The notes under the pieces: generated by a model
Seen by the model: the letters and a program-made list of their open reading frames with translations, nothing else
Databases searched by the model: none
What the model was told of the DNA's origin: nothing
Made by a program: the position numbers and the translations under genes
NCBI GenBank assembly: GCA_018697295.1
Contig: JABHTJ010000006.1
Span: 5,133 to 69,132, forward strand
From: an archaeon
GTDB lineage: Archaea > Nanobdellota > Nanobdellia > Pacearchaeales > GW2011-AR1
Length of the DNA: 64,000 bases
Direction: 5' to 3'
Part shown: one piece after another, positions 44,366 to 52,235 of the stretch
How the letters are laid out: the number at the start of each line of letters is the position of its first letter
Numbering within the stretch: the stretch's first letter is position 1

Positions 44366-45528
44366 CTTTTCAAAAACCCAACAACTTTTTCAGCACTAAC
44401 TTTTTTCTCGTCCCCACTTTTCATATCTTTAATCTTAAACTTCTTCGTCTTAACTTCCTCATCCCCTACAAAAATAACTTTTTCAATTTCTTTTGCATTC
44501 GCATATTCAAGCGCTTTTCCAATTGTCTTATCAAGTAATGTTTGAACCTTAATCTCGTCACTGCGAAGTTTCTCGGCCAATTCAATAGCAACCTTCTCTT
44601 GTCCAAGTGAAATAATTAAAGCTTCAACAGCCTCGCCATCAATTTTACAAAGCAATGAAATCGGCTCAAGTCCAAATGAAATTCCGCAAGATTCAACATC
44701 ATTAATCAAATAACTTCCGCCACCTGAGAGAGAAACTCCTAATTCCTGCGACCAAACTTCAAAAACTGATCCAGTATAATATGAAAACCCTCTCGCAAGA
44801 TACGGCCTAAACTCAACATCGACACCATATATTTTCACAGCTTCTTTTAATTTTTTCACCTCGCTATAAAGTGAATATTTTTCAAACGAACTCTCTTTTC
44901 CAGTAAATATCTTAAGAATTTTCTCTGCATTATATTTTTTCAAATTATCGGCAACTTCTTTTTTTGAAAGTTTATCGAGTTTATCGAGTTCTCGAATAAC
45001 TGCTTCACGATTTTTTTCAGCAATATTCTCAGCAACCAAAATTTCGTTAATGAGTTTTCGGTTATTAACATACAATTTCACAGGCATTTTCAATTCATCA
45101 AAGATTTTTTTCCCAATTACCAAAAGTTCAGCTTCATCATTAACATTGCTTCCAACAATATCTGCGTCACATTGGATAAATTGCCGAGTTCGACCTTTTC
45201 GAATCGGCTCATCTCTAAAATTATATCCAATTTGATATCGTTTAAACGGCAACTTCTGCAATCGAGCAAGACGCTTTAATTGAAATGTAAATTCATAACG
45301 AAGCGCAAGTTCTCGTTTTCCTCTGTCAGTAAGCTTGAAAACGTCTCTAACCGCATCATCATTCACATTATCTCCTTGAACAAATTCTAAAGATTCAATA
45401 ATCGGCGTCTCAGTCGGCTCAAAACCATAGAGTTCAAACTGTCTCTGGATAATTTTTTTTATCCGTTCTCGTTTCCCGGCTTCTTTTCCTGTAAAATCCG
45501 AAAAGCCTTTGATATTTTTCGTGTTCAT
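44362..45528 (-). CDS. hisS: Histidine--tRNA ligase (short, with a divergent motif 3)
   Basis: Motif 2 YNFRDEPIRKGRTRQFIQCDADIVG, HisA motif ARGFSYYTGSVFE and a C-terminal anticodon-binding-like domain. SGGGSYL sits where GGGRYD is expected. Confidence 0.7.
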   Translation of the reverse strand: MNTKNIKGFSDFTGKEAGKRERIKKIIQRQFELYGFEPTETPIIESLEFVQGDNVNDDAVRDVFKLTDRGKRELALRYEFTFQLKRLARLQKLPFKRYQIGYNFRDEPIRKGRTRQFIQCDADIVGSNVNDEAELLVIGKKIFDELKMPVKLYVNNRKLINEILVAENIAEKNREAVIRELDKLDKLSKKEVADNLKKYNAEKILKIFTGKESSFEKYSLYSEVKKLKEAVKIYGVDVEFRPYLARGFSYYTGSVFEVWSQELGVSLSGGGSYLINDVESCGISFGLEPISLLCKIDGEAVEALIISLGQEKVAIELAEKLRSDEIKVQTLLDKTIGKALEYANAKEIEKVIFVGDEEVKTKKFKIKDMKSGDEKKVSAEKVVGFLKS

Positions 45529-45983
45529 TTTCTACTTTTCCTCTTTTTTACGAGTCTTTCAACTTTTTTAATTATTTGCATAACACTTTTTTTAATAAAT
45601 TTATCACTAGTCCGATTTTTCTTCACATCAGGAATCTTCCAACGAATTACTTCTAAACTAGGTTTTAAATAAAACTGGTTTCTAAAAATGTTTGGGACAT
45701 CATCTGCAACAATGACTATTATATCTTGCTTGTTCAGCAAACTAATTTTTAAATTTCTCGAGCCAAATTTATAATTTATTCCAAGAGTTTTTGCAATTTT
45801 CATTTGGCGCTTAACAATTTTCCTCTCGATAGGAGTTAGCCAATCTGCATTTATAATTCCTGCACTAGAAACATTTAGAGAAGTATCTTCATTAATTTTT
45901 TTAAAATAAGCTTCAGCTACCTTGCTTCTAAATACATTGTGTTTACAAAGAAATAATATATTCGTCTTGTTTTTTTTCACCAT
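45525..45983 (-). CDS. Low-molecular-weight phosphotyrosine phosphatase / ArsC-type
   Basis: C-x5-R-S P-loop ILFLCKHNVFRSKVAEAYF. I place the start at 45983, preceded by GGAGGTG; the ORF-track N-terminus runs into tRNA-His. Confidence 0.7.
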   Translation of the reverse strand: MVKKNKTNILFLCKHNVFRSKVAEAYFKKINEDTSLNVSSAGIINADWLTPIERKIVKRQMKIAKTLGINYKFGSRNLKISLLNKQDIIVIVADDVPNIFRNQFYLKPSLEVIRWKIPDVKKNRTSDKFIKKSVMQIIKKVERLVKKRKSRK

Positions 45984-46023
45984 GTTTTTCACCTCCATTT
46001 TGTGTACCCTTTTGAGGGGCAAG

Positions 46024-46095
46024 GATGGAAGGCGAGAATCGAACTCGCATTTTACGGACCACAACCGTATGTTCTACCACTAAACTACAACCATC
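46024..46095 (-). tRNA. tRNA-His(GUG) with genome-encoded G-1
   Basis: The reverse complement reads G ATGGTTG TA GTTT AGTGGTA GAAC A TACGG TTGTGGT CCGTA AAAT GCGAG TTCGATT CTCGC CTTCCAT C. G-1 opposes C73. Acceptor pairs 5:68 and 6:67 are U-U. Confidence 0.8.
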
Positions 46096-46140
46096 ATTAA
46101 TCTAAGCATCCAAAAATGGTATAAAAAGTTTGCCTTTAAC

Positions 46141-46172
46141 AAATAAAAAATAAAAATTCCGCCGATGGGCGG
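46141..46172 (-). terminator. GC hairpin plus T-run downstream of the acidic-protein gene
   Basis: On the minus strand, ccgcccatcggcgg is followed by aatttttattttttattt. Confidence 0.4.
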
Positions 46173-46206
46173 CATAAAAAAATAAAAAATAGATAAGGTT
46201 TACCGA

Positions 46207-46509
46207 TTACTCTTCTTTTGTTTCATCTTCAGTTGCTTCTTCAGAACTCTCTTCTTCAGTTGCTTCTTCAGCAGAAGCTTCTTCATCGTCGCTTTCAGCT
46301 TCCTCATCTTCAGAACTCTCTTCTTCAGAACTCTCTTCTTCAGATTCGCTTTCTTCAGAGTCTCCCTCAGACTCCGTAGATGCTTCCTCTTCAGAAGATT
46401 CTTCTTCAGTAGCGTCTTCGGTCGTTTCAGTAGTTTCTTCTTCAGATTCTTCTGCGGTTTCAGTCCCAGCAGTCTCCTCTTCAGAATTTTCTCTTTCTTC
46501 TTCCATCAA
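46207..46509 (-). CDS. Hyper-acidic low-complexity protein (E/S/T-rich, 100 aa)
   Basis: ORF track; almost entirely E, S, T, A and D. Confidence 0.4.
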   Translation of the reverse strand: MMEEERENSEEETAGTETAEESEEETTETTEDATEEESSEEEASTESEGDSEESESEEESSEEESSEDEEAESDDEEASAEEATEEESSEEATEDETKEE

Positions 46510-46573
46510 ATAAAGCTACAAAAATTATTTATAAAGATTTGGTTGCACTACAAAATGATGAAACTCCAAAGAT

Positions 46574-47056
46574 TTATGCCCAAGGACATTTAAAATAAAA
46601 TAACTGATTCGCAGGAGGATTCATATAACAATTTTTCTCTTGAGAACCCCATGGTGAAATTGACTCACTATCATACGTTCTCCTAGAAGAATATGTGTGG
46701 TCCCAGGAATTTGAATGATCATAATCTTGATTAGAGTGGCGACCTTGTCTTGTCCACGAATCATATTTGTCTCGATTATTCCAATAAGAGTCTGAAAAAT
46801 GGCCAGAATAACTATGAGAATTATCTCTGTCATAATCGTGACCTCTCGAATATTTTTTACCCTCAGAGCCATAACCATAAATTGTCTTTGAATAAACATA
46901 GTTGTCATCACCATAATAGTTTTTTGAAATCTTTTCCTTGTAAATAGTTTTTCCAGAATCAAGGTTATATCCAACACTATGTGCGCTCGCAACAGCCACT
47001 AAAAAAAGTGAAAAGAGCAAACAAACAACAAAAGTAATTTTTTTCATAACAATCAA
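46574..47056 (-). CDS. Secreted Y/D/S/H/N/W-rich protein
   Basis: Signal peptide MKKITFVVCLLFSLFLVAVASA, then a low-complexity polar-aromatic body. Confidence 0.5.
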   Translation of the reverse strand: MIVMKKITFVVCLLFSLFLVAVASAHSVGYNLDSGKTIYKEKISKNYYGDDNYVYSKTIYGYGSEGKKYSRGHDYDRDNSHSYSGHFSDSYWNNRDKYDSWTRQGRHSNQDYDHSNSWDHTYSSRRTYDSESISPWGSQEKNCYMNPPANQLFYFKCPWA

Positions 47057-47095
47057 AATAAGAAAAACTATTTAAATTTTTATATAGTAATTGTC

Positions 47096-48121
47096 TTAAA
47101 CAGTAATCTTTGCAACCTTTGAAACAAGTTCTGGAGCAATATAATGATTAATCGTAACTTGATAAGAAGTTTCCCACAAATCTTTCTTTTTCGAAAATTT
47201 CTTGTGCCCAAGTTCATCCGCAATACAAGTATACAACTTTTCGACTTCAATCTTCCCTACCTTTCGTCTATTTTTCAAAAAGTCTTGGACTTGCTTCGTC
47301 GCATAAGCAGAACGAACGATATGGGGATAAAATCGCTTCCCACAATATTTTTCAAAACTAGCTTCAAACGCCAAATCTTTTAGTGGATGTCCGTTTGTTC
47401 CAACAAATAAAAAATCCTTATTCTCTTTTCCTCGCATAAGTTTCTTTAAAGAATTAATAATTTTTTCAGGAAAATCATATTCCTTCTTCTGGGGAACACC
47501 ATCCTTCCCAATATAATCAAAAATAATTTTTGAACCTTTAATTTTTACATCTTCTTTTTTCAAAGTCGTAAGTCCTTTATGTTTTGTCTTCAGATAATAA
47601 ATTTCATTGCCAACCCTCATTTTAGTTTTCAAAAGAACTAACATTGCAAGCGCCATAGGGTCCTCATTCAAATTTGAAACAAGATTTCTCTTCAACTTCA
47701 AAACAATTTTATTAAATTCTCCAACTTTCTTAAATTTTTCAGTCTTAGAAATTTTCGCTTTTTCTTTAGTATAAATATATGCAAACTTTCCATTAGGGTT
47801 TTGATAAATAACATCCCAATGAGAATTGGATACTTCATCGTGAATCATTAAGTGAGGCGCAAAAAGTGAATAAGCCTTATTTAGTTCTCGTCCATCTGGA
47901 AGAACTCCAATTCGCGCACCAAGAATTCTAGTGGAAAAAGCACCTTTCAAAAATCGCGGTTGTTTGGTATCTCGAAGAACATCTAACATGTCATGCGCTT
48001 TGAAAAGTTTCGCAGCAAAAACAGCATCAGGAAATTTCTCAGAAGACTTCTTCCAATTTTTCCCATTCTCCGATTCAACAATCGCCAAATCAGAAAATCT
48101 CATTCGATACATCACACTCAT
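47096..48121 (-). CDS. DNA topoisomerase IB, short poxvirus/bacterial type
   Basis: MRVGNEIYYLKTKHKGLTTLKKEDV, FDYIGKDGV (catalytic Lys region), YPHIVRSAYAT, LGHKK and the active-site Tyr context TINHYIAPELV. Confidence 0.7.
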   Translation of the reverse strand: MSVMYRMRFSDLAIVESENGKNWKKSSEKFPDAVFAAKLFKAHDMLDVLRDTKQPRFLKGAFSTRILGARIGVLPDGRELNKAYSLFAPHLMIHDEVSNSHWDVIYQNPNGKFAYIYTKEKAKISKTEKFKKVGEFNKIVLKLKRNLVSNLNEDPMALAMLVLLKTKMRVGNEIYYLKTKHKGLTTLKKEDVKIKGSKIIFDYIGKDGVPQKKEYDFPEKIINSLKKLMRGKENKDFLFVGTNGHPLKDLAFEASFEKYCGKRFYPHIVRSAYATKQVQDFLKNRRKVGKIEVEKLYTCIADELGHKKFSKKKDLWETSYQVTINHYIAPELVSKVAKITV

Positions 48122-48168
48122 AAAAAATTGTAGATTACTTTCTTTTTAATATTTTCCAAGAGAAAAAA

Positions 48169-48241
48169 CGCTCCCACCGGGATTTGAACCCGGGTCGCCG
48201 CCGTGAAAGGGCGGTATCCTTGGCCACTAGACTATAGGAGC
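48169..48241 (-). tRNA. tRNA-Glu(UUC), intronless
   Basis: The reverse complement reads GCTCCTA TA GTCT AGTGGCCAAGG AT A CCGCC CTTTCAC GGCGG CGAC CCGGG TTCAAAT CCCGG TGGGAGC G. Confidence 0.9.
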
Positions 48242-48412
48242 ATAAACTTTAACATCAAAATTGATTTTTAAAGTTTTGGAATGGAAAAATTACAAAAATC
48301 ATCTTCAATAAAAGTTAACGAACTAAACATTTTCTAACTATATTTTTTTCGTCACTGTTACCTCCTAATAACTAATACAAACACATAAAAAGCAATTTTG
48401 GTCTGAATTTAT

Positions 48413-49375
48413 ATGGTAATAGATACCGATGACAGCTCAATAAATGGCTTAATATTCAAGGAATTAATTAAGCGAGGATATTCTCTCGACGGAGATCGAA
48501 AAATTTGGAATATCGCAGATTCTAAACTGTGGTATCTAACCTCAGAACAAGCACAAGCCTATTTAGATCTTGAAAATTCTAAGAAATATGGAGATTCTAT
48601 GATTAATGTGGAAATAGATTTCTTAAAAAAAGTTATGCCAGAAATTTCTGACGAAGTCTTAGAGGGAGATGAAATCACGCTCATAGATATTGGATGTGGA
48701 GATGGAAAAAAGGCAGTAGTACCAATAAATTATATTAAACAGAAAGCAAAAATCACTTATTGTCCAATAGACATTAGCAGTTATATGGTTGAAAAAGCAA
48801 TAAAGAATATTTCAGAACTTAAAGTTAATAAGGTCGTAAATTTTAAGTGGAACATTTCAGATTTCGAAAATATGGAAAATGTAACAAGTCTTCTTCGGGC
48901 TGATGGAAAAAAACTATTTTTGCTATTTTTGGGGGGAACAATCGGAAATTTTGAGGTACATGACGCATTATACTCGTTAAGACAATCTATGGAGGATGGA
49001 GAATCATTACTTCTTGGAGTGCCGATAAATAATACTTCCGAGGATGAAGACCCATCAAAGAATTATAATTCTAAAAGTGTAGATTTTTTTCTGGGACATG
49101 TCTTGAAAGGTATCGGATTTAAGAAAGATGAAATAAAATTTGGAACCCGATTTAAAAATTTTAGAGTAGAATGTTTTTATACGATTCAAAAAAAGAAAAT
49201 AATTCATTTTAATGATAAAGAAATTGTATTTAATGTCGGGGATGAATTAATTGTTGCCGTTTCTTACAAGTATAGTATTTCTGATTATGAAAGTTCAATG
49301 AAATTATATTTCTCAGAAAGTAAGTTCTTCCTAAATGATGAGAAAAGTTGGGCATTAATTCTTTGCAAAAAGTAA
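48413..49375 (+). CDS. SAM-dependent methyltransferase, EgtD-like (Methyltransf_33-type) with an extra N-terminal domain
   Basis: LIDIGCGDGKKA (SAM motif I), CPIDISSYM, LFLGGTIGNF. Confidence 0.5.
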   Translation: MVIDTDDSSINGLIFKELIKRGYSLDGDRKIWNIADSKLWYLTSEQAQAYLDLENSKKYGDSMINVEIDFLKKVMPEISDEVLEGDEITLIDIGCGDGKKAVVPINYIKQKAKITYCPIDISSYMVEKAIKNISELKVNKVVNFKWNISDFENMENVTSLLRADGKKLFLLFLGGTIGNFEVHDALYSLRQSMEDGESLLLGVPINNTSEDEDPSKNYNSKSVDFFLGHVLKGIGFKKDEIKFGTRFKNFRVECFYTIQKKKIIHFNDKEIVFNVGDELIVAVSYKYSISDYESSMKLYFSESKFFLNDEKSWALILCKK

Positions 49376-49408
49376 TTTAATTTTTTTAACTATCAATCAA
49401 ATTTTAAT

Positions 49409-49960
49409 CTATTTTTCCTGATAAGGTACTTGGTAGGATCCGGGATAACATTGCCTTTCTAAGCTATATGAATTACTACAAACTTTATTTTTTTCCTTAT
49501 TTCCGAGGTAACAACAAAATTCTATTTCGTAATCTAAGTCTACTCTAGCGCCAAATCCTGGGATGTCTGTGTTAACACCATTATATCCTTCGATTAGATC
49601 TCCAACGACCTCACCATTAGAATATAATTCGCAGGTTGCAGGTTTATCGTAGTTTTTTATTTGTAGGTTAAAACTTGAAAATAAGTCTCCAGAATAACAT
49701 AATATTTCTTTGTGTGGTTGACAATCATTAACTTCACCTCCATCTATTTGGGTAATGTGGGGACATTTTTGGTCTCCCAATTTATCTAAATAATAACCTA
49801 AATAACAAGTAGAGCATGTTCTTTCCAAAATTGGTGTTTCTTCATAGCTTGAATCAATAACGTTAATGGAAATTATCTTTGCCTGAATAAATTGGAAATA
49901 TATTAAAAATCCGAGCAATAAGACTATTAAACTAATTAATAGGATTGCTGTTTTTTTCAT
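49409..49960 (-). CDS. Hypothetical secreted/anchored Cys-rich protein
   Basis: N-terminal anchor MKKTAILLISLIVLLLGFLIYF; 14 Cys in the ectodomain. Confidence 0.5.
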   Translation of the reverse strand: MKKTAILLISLIVLLLGFLIYFQFIQAKIISINVIDSSYEETPILERTCSTCYLGYYLDKLGDQKCPHITQIDGGEVNDCQPHKEILCYSGDLFSSFNLQIKNYDKPATCELYSNGEVVGDLIEGYNGVNTDIPGFGARVDLDYEIEFCCYLGNKEKNKVCSNSYSLERQCYPGSYQVPYQEK

Positions 49961-50093
49961 AAAATTGTTAGGTATTATTTTTATTTAAATTTAACTAATG
50001 GTGATAAATTTCCTATTGTCAAGATATTCAATAACTTTTTATATCTACATAAATCTTAAGAATTACTAAGACTAGTATAATTTATTGGTCAAG

Positions 50094-50211
50094 GAGCCTG
50101 TAGCTCAGCCAGGTAGAGCACTGGTCTTATATGAGTGGAGTTCGATTGAACTTCATCACTTCTTCACTCGAAGAATGCCAGCGGTCAGGGGTTCAAATCC
50201 CCTCAGGCTCA
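50094..50211 (+). tRNA. tRNA-Ile(UAU) with a 44-nt intron at 37/38 (intron 50132-50175)
   Basis: GAGCCTG TA GCTC AGCCAGGTA GAGC A CTGGT CTTATA[intron]T GCCAG CGGTC AGGGG TTCAAAT CCCCT CAGGCTC A. Confidence 0.8.
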
Positions 50212-50212
50212 T

Positions 50213-51394
50213 ATGCTCCTCGGATTAGTCGGAAAACCTTCAAGCGGAAAATCAACATTCTTCAAATCAGCAACGCTCGCAGACGTTCTAATCGCATCTT
50301 ATCCTTTCGCAACAATTGAACCAAATCACGGGATGGGTTACGTGCGGGTAAAAGCATTATGTAAGGAACTTAACACAAAATGTAATCCACGAACAGGATT
50401 TTGTACTGGAGAGACAAGATTTGTTCCCGTAGAATTAATGGATGTTGCAGGTTTAGTGCAGGGAGCATCAGAAGGAAAAGGGCTTGGAAATCAATTCCTA
50501 GATACCTTGCGTCAAGCAGATTCATTTATCCAAATCGTCGACATTTCTGGAACTACTGACATTGAGGGAAAAGAAGGAACTGGAGATCCAATAGAAGATG
50601 TAAAAATGTTAGAAAATGAGTTGAATAAATGGTATCGTGGAATTTTTGAAAAAGTTTGGGAAAAATTATCTCGTTCACTCCAAACAACCAAAAGTGATTT
50701 CGCAAAAGCAATAGCGACACAATTCTCCGGTCTAAAAGTTACTGAAGATGATGTAAAAAGAGTTTTACTAAAATTAAAACTTGATCCAGAAAAACCAACT
50801 TCCTGGTCTGAAGAAGATTTAGCAAATTTTACAAAAACGCTTCGCCATTCAACAAAACCAATGATTATCGCAGCAAATAAGATTGACAAACCAACCGCAG
50901 AAGAAAATCTTAAAAAACTTCAAGTTGCATTTCCAGAAATAAAAATTATTCCCTGTTCTGCAGATTCAGAATTATCTCTTAGGCAGGCAGCAAATGCTAA
51001 AATGATTGAGTATGTCCAAGGAGATTCTACTTTAAAAATAAATGAAGAAAAAGTTAATGAAAAACAAAAAGAAGCATTAGGATCAATCCAAAAAAATGTC
51101 CTCGATAAATTCGGTTCAACAGGGGTTCAAGAAGTTCTCGACTACGCAATTTTTGATTTATTAAAATACATTGCGATTTTTCCGGCAGGTTCAAAGTTAG
51201 CAGATAGTAAGGGAAATATTCTCCCTGATTGTTTCCTTTTACCTGGTGGTTCAACCGCCTTAAACTTCGCATATTCCTTACATACCGACATAGGGGACAA
51301 ATTCGTAAAAGCAATTGATGTTCGAACAAAAACTGCTGTTGGAAAAGATCATCCATTAAAAAACAGGGATGGAATAGAGATTATGACTTCTTAA
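50213..51394 (+). CDS. Obg-like GTPase/ATPase of the YchF/Ygr210 type with a C-terminal TGS domain
   Basis: G1 GLVGKPSSGKST at the very N-terminus, G3 DVAGLV, G4 ANKID and a TGS-like C-terminus ALNFAYSLHTDIGDKFVKAIDVRT. Confidence 0.8.
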   Translation: MLLGLVGKPSSGKSTFFKSATLADVLIASYPFATIEPNHGMGYVRVKALCKELNTKCNPRTGFCTGETRFVPVELMDVAGLVQGASEGKGLGNQFLDTLRQADSFIQIVDISGTTDIEGKEGTGDPIEDVKMLENELNKWYRGIFEKVWEKLSRSLQTTKSDFAKAIATQFSGLKVTEDDVKRVLLKLKLDPEKPTSWSEEDLANFTKTLRHSTKPMIIAANKIDKPTAEENLKKLQVAFPEIKIIPCSADSELSLRQAANAKMIEYVQGDSTLKINEEKVNEKQKEALGSIQKNVLDKFGSTGVQEVLDYAIFDLLKYIAIFPAGSKLADSKGNILPDCFLLPGGSTALNFAYSLHTDIGDKFVKAIDVRTKTAVGKDHPLKNRDGIEIMTS

Positions 51395-51396
51395 TA

Positions 51397-51705
51397 TTAG
51401 ATTCCTTCAGGCACTAATCTTTCAAGAGAATTATTTTCAGATTTAGAATTTCTACATGGCCGATTTCCATTCGCCTTTTTCCGAAAATATTTTTTCTTTA
51501 TAGTTTCATCCACTCTTTCCTCGGCATAATCATTTCTAACAAGTTCATCCATAGTCAGATATGTTTGACTAATAGGAATCCGAACTAAGGGCTTAAGGAT
51601 ATCATTATATTTTATTGAAAGGTCTCTATCAGAGATCCATCCAGGCCAAGGAAGCAAATCATAGTGTTGAAGCTGAGCTCTCGTTAATCTCATATGGTCT
51701 CTCAC
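51397..51705 (-). CDS. Hypothetical protein (102 aa)
   Basis: ORF track. GTG start preceded by an AAGGAG Shine-Dalgarno at 6 nt. Confidence 0.4.
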   Translation of the reverse strand: MRDHMRLTRAQLQHYDLLPWPGWISDRDLSIKYNDILKPLVRIPISQTYLTMDELVRNDYAEERVDETIKKKYFRKKANGNRPCRNSKSENNSLERLVPEGI

Positions 51706-51751
51706 TAAATTCTCCTTAAAAATCTTCTTGAAACTAATTTCTCCAAAAACC

Positions 51752-51759
51752 TTTAAATA
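51752..51759 (+). promoter_or_regulatory. TATA box (tttaaata) 29 nt upstream of the VKOR-like ATG
   Basis: Same 8-mer and spacing as at 29844, 61418 and 61983. Confidence 0.5.
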
Positions 51760-51780
51760 ATCTCAAACCTTTATCAAACT

Positions 51781-52194
51781 ATGAGATCAAATTCAGACCA
51801 AAAGAAAAAATACAAAATATTACTTTTCCTTTTCGCAATAGGGCTCATAGCATCGATTATCCTCCATTCGCCCTGGTTAACTGAGCTGTGCGGAGGAAGT
51901 AATTCTGGGTGCACTGCCGTCGAAAATTCTGGATATAAGCAAACATTGGGGGTCGAAAATAGTCTTTTAGGGATAATCACTTTTGTCATTTTAATTGCAA
52001 TCACACTTTCACAAATTCTAACACCTCATAAGAATAAGGAGCTGATAATAAATCTTGGGACAATCGCAATTGCAATCGCCGGAGTATATTTCATCTCACT
52101 ACAATTTGTAATAATCAAAGCAACTTGCAGATATTGCATGGTTGTAGATCTCATCAGTATCGCATCGCTTGGTGTGTATTTCAGATATCGTTAG
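51781..52194 (+). CDS. Vitamin K epoxide reductase (VKOR)-family membrane protein
   Basis: Loop cysteines CGGSNSGC, VENSGY, four TM helices and a CxxC in the last helix (ATCRYCM). Confidence 0.6.
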   Translation: MRSNSDQKKKYKILLFLFAIGLIASIILHSPWLTELCGGSNSGCTAVENSGYKQTLGVENSLLGIITFVILIAITLSQILTPHKNKELIINLGTIAIAIAGVYFISLQFVIIKATCRYCMVVDLISIASLGVYFRYR

Positions 52195-52235
52195 TTCACA
52201 AAATTTTTATAAACTCTAAGTACTTCTAATTTCGA

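Noticed and set aside
46554-46606. C/D-box sRNA-like pattern: ATGATGA at 46554-46560 and CTGA at 46603-46606
   Set aside because: There are no internal C'/D' boxes and no terminal stem. The D-box candidate lies inside the 3' end of the CDS on the opposite strand, so the pattern is probably chance in AT-rich sequence.
50131-50319. 62-aa plus-strand ORF overlapping the tRNA-Ile(UAU) intron and 3' exon
   Set aside because: It is explained by the tRNA gene and by the alternative frame of the GTPase N-terminus. It has no coding features.
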